DNA of 12,865 nucleotides. Origin: Clostridia bacterium (lineage in GTDB: Bacteria > Bacillota > Clostridia > Christensenellales > Aristaeellaceae). The translations under genes were made by a program, and so were the position numbers. The notes beneath the pieces were generated by a model. The model had not been told where the DNA came from and ran no database searches. It saw only the letters and a program-made list of their open reading frames with translations. Shown here one piece after another: positions 1 to 7,334 of this stretch (within the stretch, counting starts at the first letter, position 1; every line of letters begins with the position of its first letter). The stretch is from the NCBI GenBank assembly GCA_045599485.1, contig JAZRWA010000075.1, positions 1 through 12,865 of the forward strand, in the 5' to 3' direction.

Positions 1-125
1 TGAAGGGACTGGAAGCACACACCACCGTCATTCTCTCGCAGGTGGATGAGAACGTGTTCCGTCGTCTCGGTGTCAACCTGACCATGGACCCCAAGTATCA
101 GTCCCGCAAACTTTATCACAAATAA
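1..125 (+). CDS. 3' end of an unidentified protein-coding gene (partial, enters from the left edge)
   Basis: The frame starting at position 3 is open from the window edge (…KGLEAHTTVILSQVDENVFRRLGVNLTMDPKYQSRKLYHK) to TAA at 123-125. A hairpin terminator follows directly. I do not recognise the product from 40 residues. Confidence 0.45.
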   Translation, partial: KGLEAHTTVILSQVDENVFRRLGVNLTMDPKYQSRKLYHK

Positions 126-143
126 GCGTGCTGATTGCGCATT

Positions 144-172
144 AAAAAGGCAGGCTGTCCGGCCTGCCTTTT
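144..172. terminator. Bidirectional rho-independent terminator between convergent genes
   Basis: A 7-bp GC-rich stem, GGCAGGC (149-155) pairing with GCCTGCC (162-168), has a 6-nt loop. It is flanked by AAAAA (144-148) and TTTT (169-172), so it can serve both the + strand partial gene and pyrH on the - strand. Confidence 0.7.
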
Positions 173-192
173 CATTATTTAATTCTCTTGAT

Positions 193-894
193 TCAGGGAT
201 GCAGTACGGTGCCCCGGTCATCGCCGTTGATCACCGCCGTAATGCTTTCGGCCGAATCCAGTCCAAAGACGCGCACCGTAGGGATGTGCTGTTCATTCAG
301 CATTGCAAACGCCGCGGTATCCATCACCTTCAGACCGCGCGCCATAGCTTCGCCATAGCTGACGTCTCTCAAAAGCACCGCGGAAGCATCTTTTCTGGGA
401 TCTGCAGTATAGACGCCGTCGATGTTTTTGGCCAGCAGCAAGGCGTCCACCTTCATTTCGGCTGCACGCAGCACCACCGCCGTATCCGTGGTAAAGAAGG
501 GATTGCCCGAGCCGCCGGCAAACAACACCACCTTGCCGGATCTCATGGCTTCACGGGCCGTCTGTACATTATAGGGCTCACACACGCGCGGCATATCGAT
601 AGCAGAAAAGACAACGGCTTCCGCGCCGTTTCTCTCAATGGCATCACGCATACACAGGCAATTGATCACCGTGCCCAGCATGCCCATGTGGTCGGCAGTC
701 ACAGCATCCATCTCCTGGGACTGTCTTCCGCGCCAGATATTGCCCGCACCGATGACAATGCCAAGCTTTGTGCCGCTCTTGACGATATCCGCCAGCACCC
801 GGCCCACTTCCATAATTTTGTCCTGATCAAAGAGACGACCGTTTTCGCCCAGTGCCTCGCCGCTCAGCTTCAGCAGAATACTGTTGTATTTCAT
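193..894 (-). CDS. pyrH: UMP kinase (uridylate kinase)
   Basis: The 233-aa ORF MKYNSILLKLSGEALG…GAGNIWRG…FAGGSGNPFFTTDTAA… shows typical amino-acid-kinase-fold PyrH motifs. It sits in the conserved rpsB-tsf-pyrH order. A GAGGAG RBS lies upstream and the stop is TGA. Confidence 0.95.
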   Translation of the reverse strand: MKYNSILLKLSGEALGENGRLFDQDKIMEVGRVLADIVKSGTKLGIVIGAGNIWRGRQSQEMDAVTADHMGMLGTVINCLCMRDAIERNGAEAVVFSAIDMPRVCEPYNVQTAREAMRSGKVVLFAGGSGNPFFTTDTAVVLRAAEMKVDALLLAKNIDGVYTADPRKDASAVLLRDVSYGEAMARGLKVMDTAAFAMLNEQHIPTVRVFGLDSAESITAVINGDDRGTVLHP

Positions 895-904
895 CTTTCG
901 CTCC

Positions 905-937
905 TCAAAAAAGGACGGACATTTGATTGTCCGTCCT
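905..937 (-). terminator. Hairpin plus U-run between tsf and pyrH (terminator or partial attenuator)
   Basis: On the minus strand, the stem AGGACGGACA (928-937 rc) pairs with TGTCCGTCCT (912-921 rc) across a 6-nt loop. TTTTTT (906-911 rc) follows, just before the pyrH RBS. Confidence 0.6.
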
Positions 938-950
938 GTATATTAAGCAA

Positions 951-1619
951 TTACTTCTTGCCGGTCATCTCGGCGATTTCGGCAGCCAGATCGCTCTGCT
1001 TCTTCTCGATGCCTTCGCCCAGCTTGAAGCGGACAAAGCGGCGGATGGTCACCTTTTCACCGGTCTTCAGGGTGGTCTCGTTCAGCAGATCCTTGATGGT
1101 GATGTCAGGATTCTTCACGAACTGCTGATCCATCAGGCAAACTTCCTTGCAGTACTTGTCCACACGGCCTTCAACGATCTTGTCGATGATGGCAGCGGGC
1201 TTCTTGGCGTTCTTCTCGTCGTTCATGACCTGCTCATGGGCGATCTTGCGCTCGTCTTCCAGCTTGGCAGCGGGAATCTCGTCCTTGGTCACGTACTCGG
1301 GAGCAGCAGCGGCGATGTGCATCGCCACATCATGGCACAGGGCCTTGAAGGCATCGGTGCCGGCCACAAAGTCGGTTTCGCAGTTGATCTCAACCAGCAC
1401 GCCGATCTTGCCGCCCATGTGAATGTAGGACTCAACAGCGCCTTCAGCAGCGACGCGGCCGCTCTTCTTGTTGGCAGCAGCCAGTCCCTTTTCACGCAGA
1501 TATTCAACGGCCTTTTCCATATCGCCATCGCTGGCAACCAGGGCCTTTTTGCAATCCATCATACCGGCCTGAGTGCGCTCGCGCAGCTCTTTTACCAGTG
1601 CCGCAGTAACTTCAGCCAT
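951..1619 (-). CDS. tsf: Translation elongation factor Ts (short form, 222 aa)
   Basis: The N-terminal UBA-like signature [28 protein letters not shown] is diagnostic of EF-Ts. The gene lies directly downstream of rpsB, has a GGAGGA RBS and stops at TAA. Confidence 0.95.
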   Translation of the reverse strand: MAEVTAALVKELRERTQAGMMDCKKALVASDGDMEKAVEYLREKGLAAANKKSGRVAAEGAVESYIHMGGKIGVLVEINCETDFVAGTDAFKALCHDVAMHIAAAAPEYVTKDEIPAAKLEDERKIAHEQVMNDEKNAKKPAAIIDKIVEGRVDKYCKEVCLMDQQFVKNPDITIKDLLNETTLKTGEKVTIRRFVRFKLGEGIEKKQSDLAAEIAEMTGKK

Positions 1620-1654
1620 TTTTTTATTCCTCCGGTCTGTATTTTAGATAGAAA

Positions 1655-2374
1655 TTATTCGGCGTCCTTAGCGGCTTCTTCGCCGTCCTGCACGCCCTGC
1701 TTGCCTTCCAGGATGGCATCGGCCATCTTGCCGGCAATCAGCTTCACGGCACGGATGGCATCATCGTTGCCGGGAATGACGTAATCGATCTCATCGGGAT
1801 CGCAGTTGGTATCAACAATGCCAACGATCGGAATGCCCAGAGCACGTGCTTCGGCCACGGCGATGTGCTCCTTGCGGGGGTCAACCACAAACAGGGCGCC
1901 GGGCAGATTCTTCATTTCGCGGATACCGCCCAGGTTGGCGATCAGCTTTTCACGCTCGTGGATCAGCTTGATGACTTCCTTCTTGGGCAGCACATCAAAC
2001 TGGCCGTTCTGCTCCATACGATCGATGGAGTTCAGACGCTCGATACGGGTCTTGATGGTCTTGAAGTTGGTGAGCATGCCGCCCAGCCAGCGGTTGTTGA
2101 CATAGTACATGTTGCAGCGCTTGGCTTCGCTCTCGATGCTCTCCTGGGCCTGCTTCTTGGTGCCGACAAACAGCATAGTCTTGCCTTCCAGAGACAGGTT
2201 GCGGTCGAACATGTAGGCTTCGTCGATCTTGCGGACAGTCTTCTGCAGGTCGATGATGTAGATGCCGTTGCGCTCAGTAAAGATGTACTGGGCCATCTTG
2301 GGGTTCCAGCGGCGGGTCTGATGACCGAAGTGCACGCCGGCTTCGAGCAGGTGCTTCATGGAAATGACGCTCAT
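1655..2374 (-). CDS. rpsB: 30S ribosomal protein S2
   Basis: [27 protein letters not shown]… is the canonical S2 N-terminus. I place the start at the ATG at 2374, which is preceded by AAGGAGGAAG. The track ORF start at 2440 adds 22 non-conserved residues and has no RBS. The stop is TAA. Confidence 0.95.
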   Translation of the reverse strand: MSVISMKHLLEAGVHFGHQTRRWNPKMAQYIFTERNGIYIIDLQKTVRKIDEAYMFDRNLSLEGKTMLFVGTKKQAQESIESEAKRCNMYYVNNRWLGGMLTNFKTIKTRIERLNSIDRMEQNGQFDVLPKKEVIKLIHEREKLIANLGGIREMKNLPGALFVVDPRKEHIAVAEARALGIPIVGIVDTNCDPDEIDYVIPGNDDAIRAVKLIAGKMADAILEGKQGVQDGEEAAKDAE

Positions 2375-2472
2375 GGTTTCTTCCTCCTTGTTTTTCCACC
2401 GCGGAGACGTAAATTTTGCTGCCACCCTGTACGGGCACAAGCGGCTTGTCTTCCGCGTGCGTTATCTGTGGT

Positions 2473-2501
2473 ATTGTATCACATCAAGGTGCACTTTGCA
2501 A
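2473..2501 (-). promoter_or_regulatory. Candidate sigma-A promoter for rpsB-tsf
   Basis: On the minus strand, TTGCAA (2496-2501) is followed by a 17-nt spacer and TGaTACAAT, an extended -10 with its hexamer at 2473-2478. This leaves a leader of about 90 nt before the rpsB RBS. This is a motif match only. Confidence 0.45.
2480..2490 (+). repeat. Left copy of the 11-bp direct repeat CACATCAAGGT that brackets the TAG-interrupted locus
   Basis: An exact 11-mer recurs in the same orientation at 7453-7463. AATATT plus a T-run follows both copies, directly on the right and after 9 extra nt on the left. Confidence 0.5.
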
Positions 2502-2632
2502 TATTTTTTTGTTTCTTTCTCAACTGAATTACCAAAAAACTTTTGCTCAATTGCTTTATCGGATTGCGTCGTAATTGGATGCTTCATACCGTTATCCCCC
2601 TCCGTTCTGTATTCCAAACATTTTACAGTTTT

Positions 2633-2662
2633 TTGACTATTGTTCTGTTATCATGTTATAAT
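2633..2662 (+). promoter_or_regulatory. Near-consensus sigma-A promoter for the 2697 gene
   Basis: TTGACT (2633-2638) is followed by an 18-nt spacer and TGtTATAAT, with the extended -10 TG at 2654-2655 and TATAAT at 2657-2662. A GAGGAGG RBS follows at 2679-2685, 11 nt before the ATG at 2697. Confidence 0.6.
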
Positions 2663-2696
2663 ATTACACATTCCATTCGAGGAGGCCCATACATAA

Positions 2697-3203
2697 ATGC
2701 TTAAAAAGTATGTTTCATTGCTGATGGCGTTCATCTTCCTGACCACGGTTCTGCCGCTGTCTGTTGGTATGCCTGTGGCCAAGGCCAAGAGTTTGGATGA
2801 GGAATTGACAGACTACGCATTGATGGCATTTCAGGAGATTTCAGCGACTTTTGGAAAAACAAATCCCGATGATGTAGCTTTCCGCAGGCTGATGAAACGT
2901 TTGTATTCGGATAAGAATCAGACCGGTGAAGCCAATATGCAGGATCATCCGATCTGGAATACCATCGTCGAATGGGTCACGAATATGACAGATTACCGTG
3001 GCTTTTTGGGGATCAATCCGGAGCAGCAATATGCTGAGATCCTGCTGTATACGGAGCTGTTGCAGGACATGCTGAAGGCAGGCAACGAAAGTTTTGAAGG
3101 CGCCGTGAAGCTTGCTGAAAATGAAACCAAAGTGGGGGGCAAGTGGAAAGCAACGATCGGTGCAGTGTGGAATAGTGTATCCGCATATTCCTCCACAACC
3201 TAG
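2697..3203 (+). CDS. Segment 1 of the TAG-interrupted frame: a 168-aa secreted protein under standard decoding
   Basis: This is the only segment with a real translation start (promoter, GAGGAGG RBS, ATG). It has a Sec signal peptide, MLKKYVSLLMAFIFLTTVLPLSVGMPVAKA|KS, with an AxA cleavage site. It ends at TAG 3201. Confidence 0.85.
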   Translation: MLKKYVSLLMAFIFLTTVLPLSVGMPVAKAKSLDEELTDYALMAFQEISATFGKTNPDDVAFRRLMKRLYSDKNQTGEANMQDHPIWNTIVEWVTNMTDYRGFLGINPEQQYAEILLYTELLQDMLKAGNESFEGAVKLAENETKVGGKWKATIGAVWNSVSAYSSTT

Positions 3204-6200
3204 CTGATTCGTAGCTCCCTCTTAAGGCGCATTCTAACCAGCCCCGACATGCTCATCAACGTTCAAGACGTAGGCAGTCTGTTCGGTCATGGCAATCCGG
3301 GTGTCGGTGATTATCTGAAGGGAACCGGATATTTTCAGTACACGGTCTCGTCTATTGATCTGCTGGAGAAAATCAGTGAATCTGCAGAAGACGAAAGCCT
3401 GCGTCTGGCTTGCGATGCAATGTTGTATGTATATAAAAACTGGCGGTCAGAAGTGCTGAAGGATAAGGATATATTCAGCGGCAGGTATGCAGACGATCGG
3501 GTGTATCAGGAAGAAATGGACGAATATGTCCGTACAGAATTGAATCACTATCTCAAGAAAAAATACGGAAAATAGAATGAAAAGGATATGTGGAATTGGG
3601 TAGAGACAAGCCAGCCAGCAATCTCTATAATGCAAAGATCGGGCGCAGGTTTGAGTAACGTAACCTTTAACATGAAAGGTATCTTTGTCAGCTTTGAAAA
3701 GATGCGCTGCACCGAAAATATTGCACAGGCTATGACCGGTATATTGGCCGATCAGATGAACGCATCCGGCAAAACATGGCGCGACTACATGTCCTGGGTA
3801 AACCTGTATATGCAATACCTCAAGCTGTGCCTGATTGGCGAATCCGCGCTGCATGAGCTGGTAACCGTGAATTCATGGATTCCGGTCGATTTCCTGTTCA
3901 AAAAAGGCGACACGGCCGACTTTGAAGCTTGGTATACGCAGGATAAGAATCTGCTTGAAATGTTTTATACAGATTCGCAGTACTATCTCCAATATGTGCT
4001 GGAGAAATATTACGTAATGATCAGTATGACGGATGATTTTGAAGCGTTGCTGGAACGGGAAGACCTGCATCAACGAACGATCCGAGGCGTGGTGCTGCAA
4101 GACGAATTCTACGCAGATCCGGATGATACGACCAAGCCGGGCCTGAACGCCGCCAACGAGTACGCCGGGGAACCAGCAGTCGGCGTTTCCGTAAGACTGG
4201 TAGGCAAAAATGACGATCGCGAATATGCCGCCACGGTGACCGGTGAGGACGGCAGCTATGAGCTGACTTATGTTGAGGAAGCGGCTGTCGGTGAACCACT
4301 GAAACTGGTGATCGCCGAGAATTGCGAATACGGTCTGTTTGCAGAAAACGAGACGGACGTGTGGCGGGATGTAGAGCTGGAATTCCGCAGCGAATGGAAT
4401 TCGCAGGCAACAAGGACTACCAACTTTTCCACCGAAACCAATCTGTCCTGGACATTTGATTACTGCGATCAGCTCTTCCTGCAGCCGGAGGATCAATACA
4501 ATCATGATCTGGCACGCTTGTCACTGGGCATGGCGGTAGCAGGCTATTCTGCGCCTGAGGCAGACCGCTACTGGAATTCTGATGGCGATATGGGCCGCGA
4601 AAGCAATATCCGTGCAGCCTATGAAAAGCTTGGCTTTATCGATTCGCCTTATCCAACCAGATTCGTCCATTATGATAAAAATTTGAACGACGACAGTTCC
4701 AAGGTGGCTTTCTCCATTGCCGCAAAGGATATTTTCAATCCCGAAATATCTATCAAAGAGGACGAGGCGCAAAAGGAGCACCTCGTGGTGGTGGTCCTTC
4801 GCGGCGGCGGCTACGGATGCGAATGGTCCAACAATTTCTATGTGAAGCAAGCTGATGTGCAGAACTATCATGCCGGCTTCTATTTTGCAGCCAGTGAGGT
4901 GGCAAAATAGGTGGAGGAATATATCAGCTCCACATTTGATGACGGACGCCCCGTTCGCCTGTGGATGACAGGCTACAGCCGTTCTGCAGCCACCTGCACA
5001 CTGGCAGCTGAATTGCTGGATGCCATGACGAACAAGCCATATGAGCATCTGTATGCATACACCTTTGCAGCACCCGCAGGCACACAGCAGCCTAAGGCAA
5101 TCAAAGGCCTGTATAACATCATTTATGGTGAGGATCTTGTGCCGCGCGTAGCACTTGAAGCATGGGGCTTTGGTCGAAATGGAACCAGCCTGTTCTTTAC
5201 AACCAACTCCACAAAGCTGAAAGAAGAAGATGCTTCAAAAATTCAGAATATTTTCCAAAAGATCACCCGTTATTCCGGTGCAGGCTACAACCCGCTGGAT
5301 TATACGGCAGAGAGTGACCTGATCACATAGATCGTGGGATTGCTACAAAAATCAGCGCCGGATGTGGATACCTATGCTGAAAAAATGCAGCCTGCTTTGG
5401 TGGCGATCGCGAAAATGTACTTCTCAAAGCGCCACGAGCCGGATGGTCGCAACACGACGGATTTTGATTATATCGATGAAATGATGACCGGCGTGATCGA
5501 GGAGCAGAATCCCAACTACCGTGCCCAAGTAACAGAAGCTGAGAATCTTCTGAAGTAGTGGGTCAACCAGACAAACGCCATCAAGTCGCTCACGCAGATC
5601 ATCAGCGGGCTGGCTCCGCGCACAGCGGGTGCTTTGCCCTTCACTCTGCTCATAACTCTGGGTAGCAAACTGGTGGAGTGGGAACAATCAGGTGAACAAT
5701 TTTTATGGAATCTGCTGCACAAGGCAGAAGACTTCGTTTCCGCCTTGTGCCATATTGAAAACTACGGAAACATCGTGCGAGAGAAGTCCCAGTTGAAGTC
5801 GTCTGCCGATTCAAGCAATATGAGTTCAGCTGAAACGAATGAGTATCTGACCATGATAAAGATACTCGGCTTTTTGATTGCCAATGCGTCCGGCGTCGCG
5901 CAGCGCGCAATCGGCGGCACAGGTACGACCGGCATCATGATGGGTCACAGACCCGAGGTATACCTTTCCTGGCTGTATGCACTCAGCGGCGAAGAACTGT
6001 TCGGGCGCGAGGATGCAATGTCTGTCGACCTGCGTGTACGCCCGATCAAGCGACACTTCACCGGTGTCGTGCTGGCAGAATATGCGAAGGGTGATTACGG
6101 TCGCATAACAGCATATCTCCTGGATAACAGCATGCATTTACGCCTTGATAACGATGGCAACCTGATTACAGTGGAACGTTTTGATTGGACGGGCTATTAC

Positions 6201-7196
6201 TCCCCCTGGAACTGGTATCTGCGAATGATCCTGCTCGATGACAGGTATCTGTACTCTGAATACCGCGTGGTGGATGGCGCTGACTTCCTCTATTACGAAA
6301 TACAGTATCAACTCTACGATCTGTTGGGCAATGTACCTCTCCTCTTCTCGGCCAAAACCGATGAAAACGGTATACTTGTCCTGACCGACAATAAGTTTGA
6401 AACACACATGGCACCGGTTGAGATCGGCAAGGTTGGATCCACTCTTAACGTAGAGCTAATGACTTAGACACTCAATAGCATGTTTGGTCGCTACGGCCTG
6501 GATTTCCAGCTTCAAACGACTGCCAGTCCATCCTACTATGTAAACCACGTAGAAAAGACCCATTACGCAGATATCCCCATCGGCGTCATCAAGGATAACA
6601 GCCGTGACAGGATGATCTTTGATATCGACACCACCGATTAGAGGAACTTCAGTTACACGGATTTTCTGGCTTATGAAGAAGTGATGGAAAAGTACTATCG
6701 TCCCAGGAAGATCGTTACCGAAAGCGATCCAGCGGCTCTGGTATAGAAGGTGTTGGAAAGCACCGGCGCAAACTTCACGCTCAACTCCTCCAGCGAATAC
6801 AACGGCACGATCACCGAAACCTACAATGACGAAAATGGAGTGCAGCTGAAGTTCAGTATTGACAAGGCCTCCGGCCGAATCATCAAGATCGTACTGGACG
6901 ATTCCGCCCTATGCAACAGCGACTGGAGAAACCGTTCAATGGCGATTAAAAACTATACCATGGAGCTTTATGACCGTATGATGCAAATAACCGAACTGGG
7001 GCTGGATGAAGCACTAAGTTTGGAGCTGCGTTCAATCGATTTTGAGAGCGCAAAGGTAAAAAAGAACGCGTTCGACCTGAATGAGCGTACGCTGTCCTAT
7101 GAAACACAGGGAATACAGGTGACAATGTCCAAGGAGACCATGCTTCCGAGTGAAAACATCCTGAGCCTGCTCACGATCACTTTCCCCGCTCCCTGA
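2697..7196 (+). CDS. Single 1,499-codon reading frame with 8 in-frame TAG codons, encoding a secreted class-3-lipase-like protein. It is either translated with TAG read-through/reassignment or is a TAG-only pseudogene.
   Basis: ORFs 2697, 3249, 3588, 4911, 5334, 5634 and 6750 all start at coordinates divisible by 3. I read every gap codon by codon. The only interruptions are TAG at 3201, 3573, 4908, 5328, 5556, 6465, 6639 and 6744 (codons 169, 293, 738, 878, 954, 1257, 1315, 1350). The frame ends at TGA 7194-7196. No other + strand frame in this span yields an ORF in the track. The lipase-like domain spans the TAG at 4908. Confidence 0.65.
3249..3575 (+). CDS. Segment 2 of the TAG-interrupted frame (track ORF, 108 aa)
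   Basis: It is in frame with segment 1, and the 15 codons from 3204 to 3248 are also open. No Shine-Dalgarno sequence precedes ATG 3249. The confidence refers to this interval being coding in this frame, not to it being an independent gene. Confidence 0.55.
   Translation: MLINVQDVGSLFGHGNPGVGDYLKGTGYFQYTVSSIDLLEKISESAEDESLRLACDAMLYVYKNWRSEVLKDKDIFSGRYADDRVYQEEMDEYVRTELNHYLKKKYGK
3588..4910 (+). CDS. Segment 3 of the TAG-interrupted frame (440 aa): beta-sandwich-like region plus the N-terminal half of the lipase_3-like domain
   Basis: It is in frame, with only 4 sense codons after TAG 3573. IRGVVLQDE…GVSVRLVGKNDDREYAATVTGEDGSYELTYV resembles carboxypeptidase-regulatory/Cna-B-type beta-sandwich repeats. 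HLVVVVLRGGG and HAGFYFAASEVAK match the lipase_3 'vvaFRGT' and 'vHkGF…' blocks. The segment ends at TAG 4908. Confidence 0.7.
   Translation: MWNWVETSQPAISIMQRSGAGLSNVTFNMKGIFVSFEKMRCTENIAQAMTGILADQMNASGKTWRDYMSWVNLYMQYLKLCLIGESALHELVTVNSWIPVDFLFKKGDTADFEAWYTQDKNLLEMFYTDSQYYLQYVLEKYYVMISMTDDFEALLEREDLHQRTIRGVVLQDEFYADPDDTTKPGLNAANEYAGEPAVGVSVRLVGKNDDREYAATVTGEDGSYELTYVEEAAVGEPLKLVIAENCEYGLFAENETDVWRDVELEFRSEWNSQATRTTNFSTETNLSWTFDYCDQLFLQPEDQYNHDLARLSLGMAVAGYSAPEADRYWNSDGDMGRESNIRAAYEKLGFIDSPYPTRFVHYDKNLNDDSSKVAFSIAAKDIFNPEISIKEDEAQKEHLVVVVLRGGGYGCEWSNNFYVKQADVQNYHAGFYFAASEVAK
4911..5330 (+). CDS. Segment 4 of the TAG-interrupted frame (139 aa): nucleophile-elbow half of the lipase_3-like domain
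   Basis: It begins at the codon immediately after TAG 4908. VRLWMTGYSRSAATCTLAAELL resembles 'i.vTGHSLGGAlA.l.a', with the Ser codon at 4977-4979. YAYTFAAPAG resembles 'ytFG.PrvG', and IIYGEDLVPRV resembles 'rvv…D.VPrlP', with the Asp codon at 5133-5135. A GAGGTGG lies 8 nt upstream of GTG 4911, so reinitiation is conceivable. Confidence 0.7.
   Translation: MEEYISSTFDDGRPVRLWMTGYSRSAATCTLAAELLDAMTNKPYEHLYAYTFAAPAGTQQPKAIKGLYNIIYGEDLVPRVALEAWGFGRNGTSLFFTTNSTKLKEEDASKIQNIFQKITRYSGAGYNPLDYTAESDLIT
5334..5558 (+). CDS. Segment 5 of the TAG-interrupted frame (74 aa)
   Basis: It is in frame, with one sense codon (ATC) after TAG 5328, and no RBS. It ends at TAG 5556. Confidence 0.5.
   Translation: MGLLQKSAPDVDTYAEKMQPALVAIAKMYFSKRHEPDGRNTTDFDYIDEMMTGVIEEQNPNYRAQVTEAENLLK
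5634..6467 (+). CDS. Segment 6 of the TAG-interrupted frame (track ORF 277 aa; open from 5559)
   Basis: It is in frame, and the 25 codons from 5559 to 5633 are open. The track start is a TTG with no RBS. It contains MMGHRPEVYLSWLY, a possible lipase 'H…Y' catalytic-His block with the His codon at 5946-5948. It ends at TAG 6465. Confidence 0.6.
   Translation: MPFTLLITLGSKLVEWEQSGEQFLWNLLHKAEDFVSALCHIENYGNIVREKSQLKSSADSSNMSSAETNEYLTMIKILGFLIANASGVAQRAIGGTGTTGIMMGHRPEVYLSWLYALSGEELFGREDAMSVDLRVRPIKRHFTGVVLAEYAKGDYGRITAYLLDNSMHLRLDNDGNLITVERFDWTGYYSPWNWYLRMILLDDRYLYSEYRVVDGADFLYYEIQYQLYDLLGNVPLLFSAKTDENGILVLTDNKFETHMAPVEIGKVGSTLNVELMT
6750..7196 (+). CDS. Segment 9 of the TAG-interrupted frame (148 aa), the C-terminal region ending at the real TGA stop
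   Basis: It is in frame. The preceding 6468-6749 is also open except for TAG 6639 and TAG 6744, giving segments 7 and 8 of 57 and 34 codons. There is no convincing RBS before GTG 6750. Confidence 0.55.
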   Translation: MLESTGANFTLNSSSEYNGTITETYNDENGVQLKFSIDKASGRIIKIVLDDSALCNSDWRNRSMAIKNYTMELYDRMMQITELGLDEALSLELRSIDFESAKVKKNAFDLNERTLSYETQGIQVTMSKETMLPSENILSLLTITFPAP

Positions 7197-7334
7197 TTAC
7201 AATGCTGCTGTCTTTATTGCTCTTTCCGGTCAACTCACCCGCAAATGGGCCAATATATCCCTTCAAAATTAAATGCTCCATTGTTTGATCTTCCTCCATT
7301 TACTTCCAGAGATAATACTGTATTGTTTTCTTAT

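Noticed and set aside
2375-2440. Longer N-terminal extensions from the track: rpsB from 2440, trpC from 10915 and trpE from 7851
   Set aside because: Conserved N-termini and RBS spacing support the internal starts at 2374, 10960 and 7857. The extensions lack an RBS or overlap the upstream gene.
199-2527. Long + strand ORFs (199..1128, 927..1784, 1865..2527 and smaller ones) opposite pyrH, tsf and rpsB
   Set aside because: These are antisense shadows of highly conserved genes in GC-rich sequence. Their translations are low-complexity and rich in Arg, His and Leu, with no RBS or recognisable motifs.
2462-2587. A 41-aa minus-strand small ORF (MKHPITTQSDKAIEQKFFGNSVEKETKKYCKVHLDVIQYHR) with a GGAGGGGG upstream, lying upstream of rpsB
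   Set aside because: It is too short to support without homologues or expression data, and it overlaps my predicted rpsB promoter. It is noted only as something to check with ribosome profiling.
3447-6414. Minus-strand ORFs inside the TAG-interrupted frame (3447..3854, 3873..4505, 4521..5048, 5826..6137, 6138..6407 and others)
   Set aside because: Their translations are rich in Cys, His, Arg and Ile with no motifs and no RBS. The + strand frame carries the recognisable signal peptide and hydrolase motifs.
2697-7196. Interpreting the region as an operon of seven or more small independent hypothetical genes, as the ORF track suggests
   Set aside because: All pieces share one frame and are separated only by a single TAG plus 0-25 open sense codons. 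Six of the seven lack their own promoter. Five of the six downstream pieces lack an RBS. A recognisable single protein domain straddles the junction at 4908.
2697-7196. Pyrrolysine (Pyl) decoding of the TAGs
   Set aside because: This is considered unlikely but cannot be excluded from this window. Pyl usage is characteristically one TAG in methylamine methyltransferase genes, and this protein looks nothing like those. Eight sites in one gene would be unprecedented. I see no pyl genes and no conserved downstream hairpin. A genome-wide search for pylTSBCD is needed.
2697-7196. An ordinary decayed pseudogene
   Set aside because: This is not fully rejected and is retained as the null hypothesis. 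It is disfavoured because all 8 lesions are the same stop codon, there are no indels in 4.5 kb, conserved hydrolase motifs downstream of several stops remain intact, and the expression signals are intact. A biased CAG->TAG or TGG->TAG mutational process could mimic the pattern and should be tested with orthologue alignments.
7177-7281. A 34-aa minus-strand small ORF (MEHLILKGYIGPFAGELTGKSNKDSSIVIRERGK) with an upstream GGAGGA
   Set aside because: The SD-to-ATG spacing is about 11 nt, which is long. It overlaps the 3' end of the large frame by 20 nt. It has no recognisable family.
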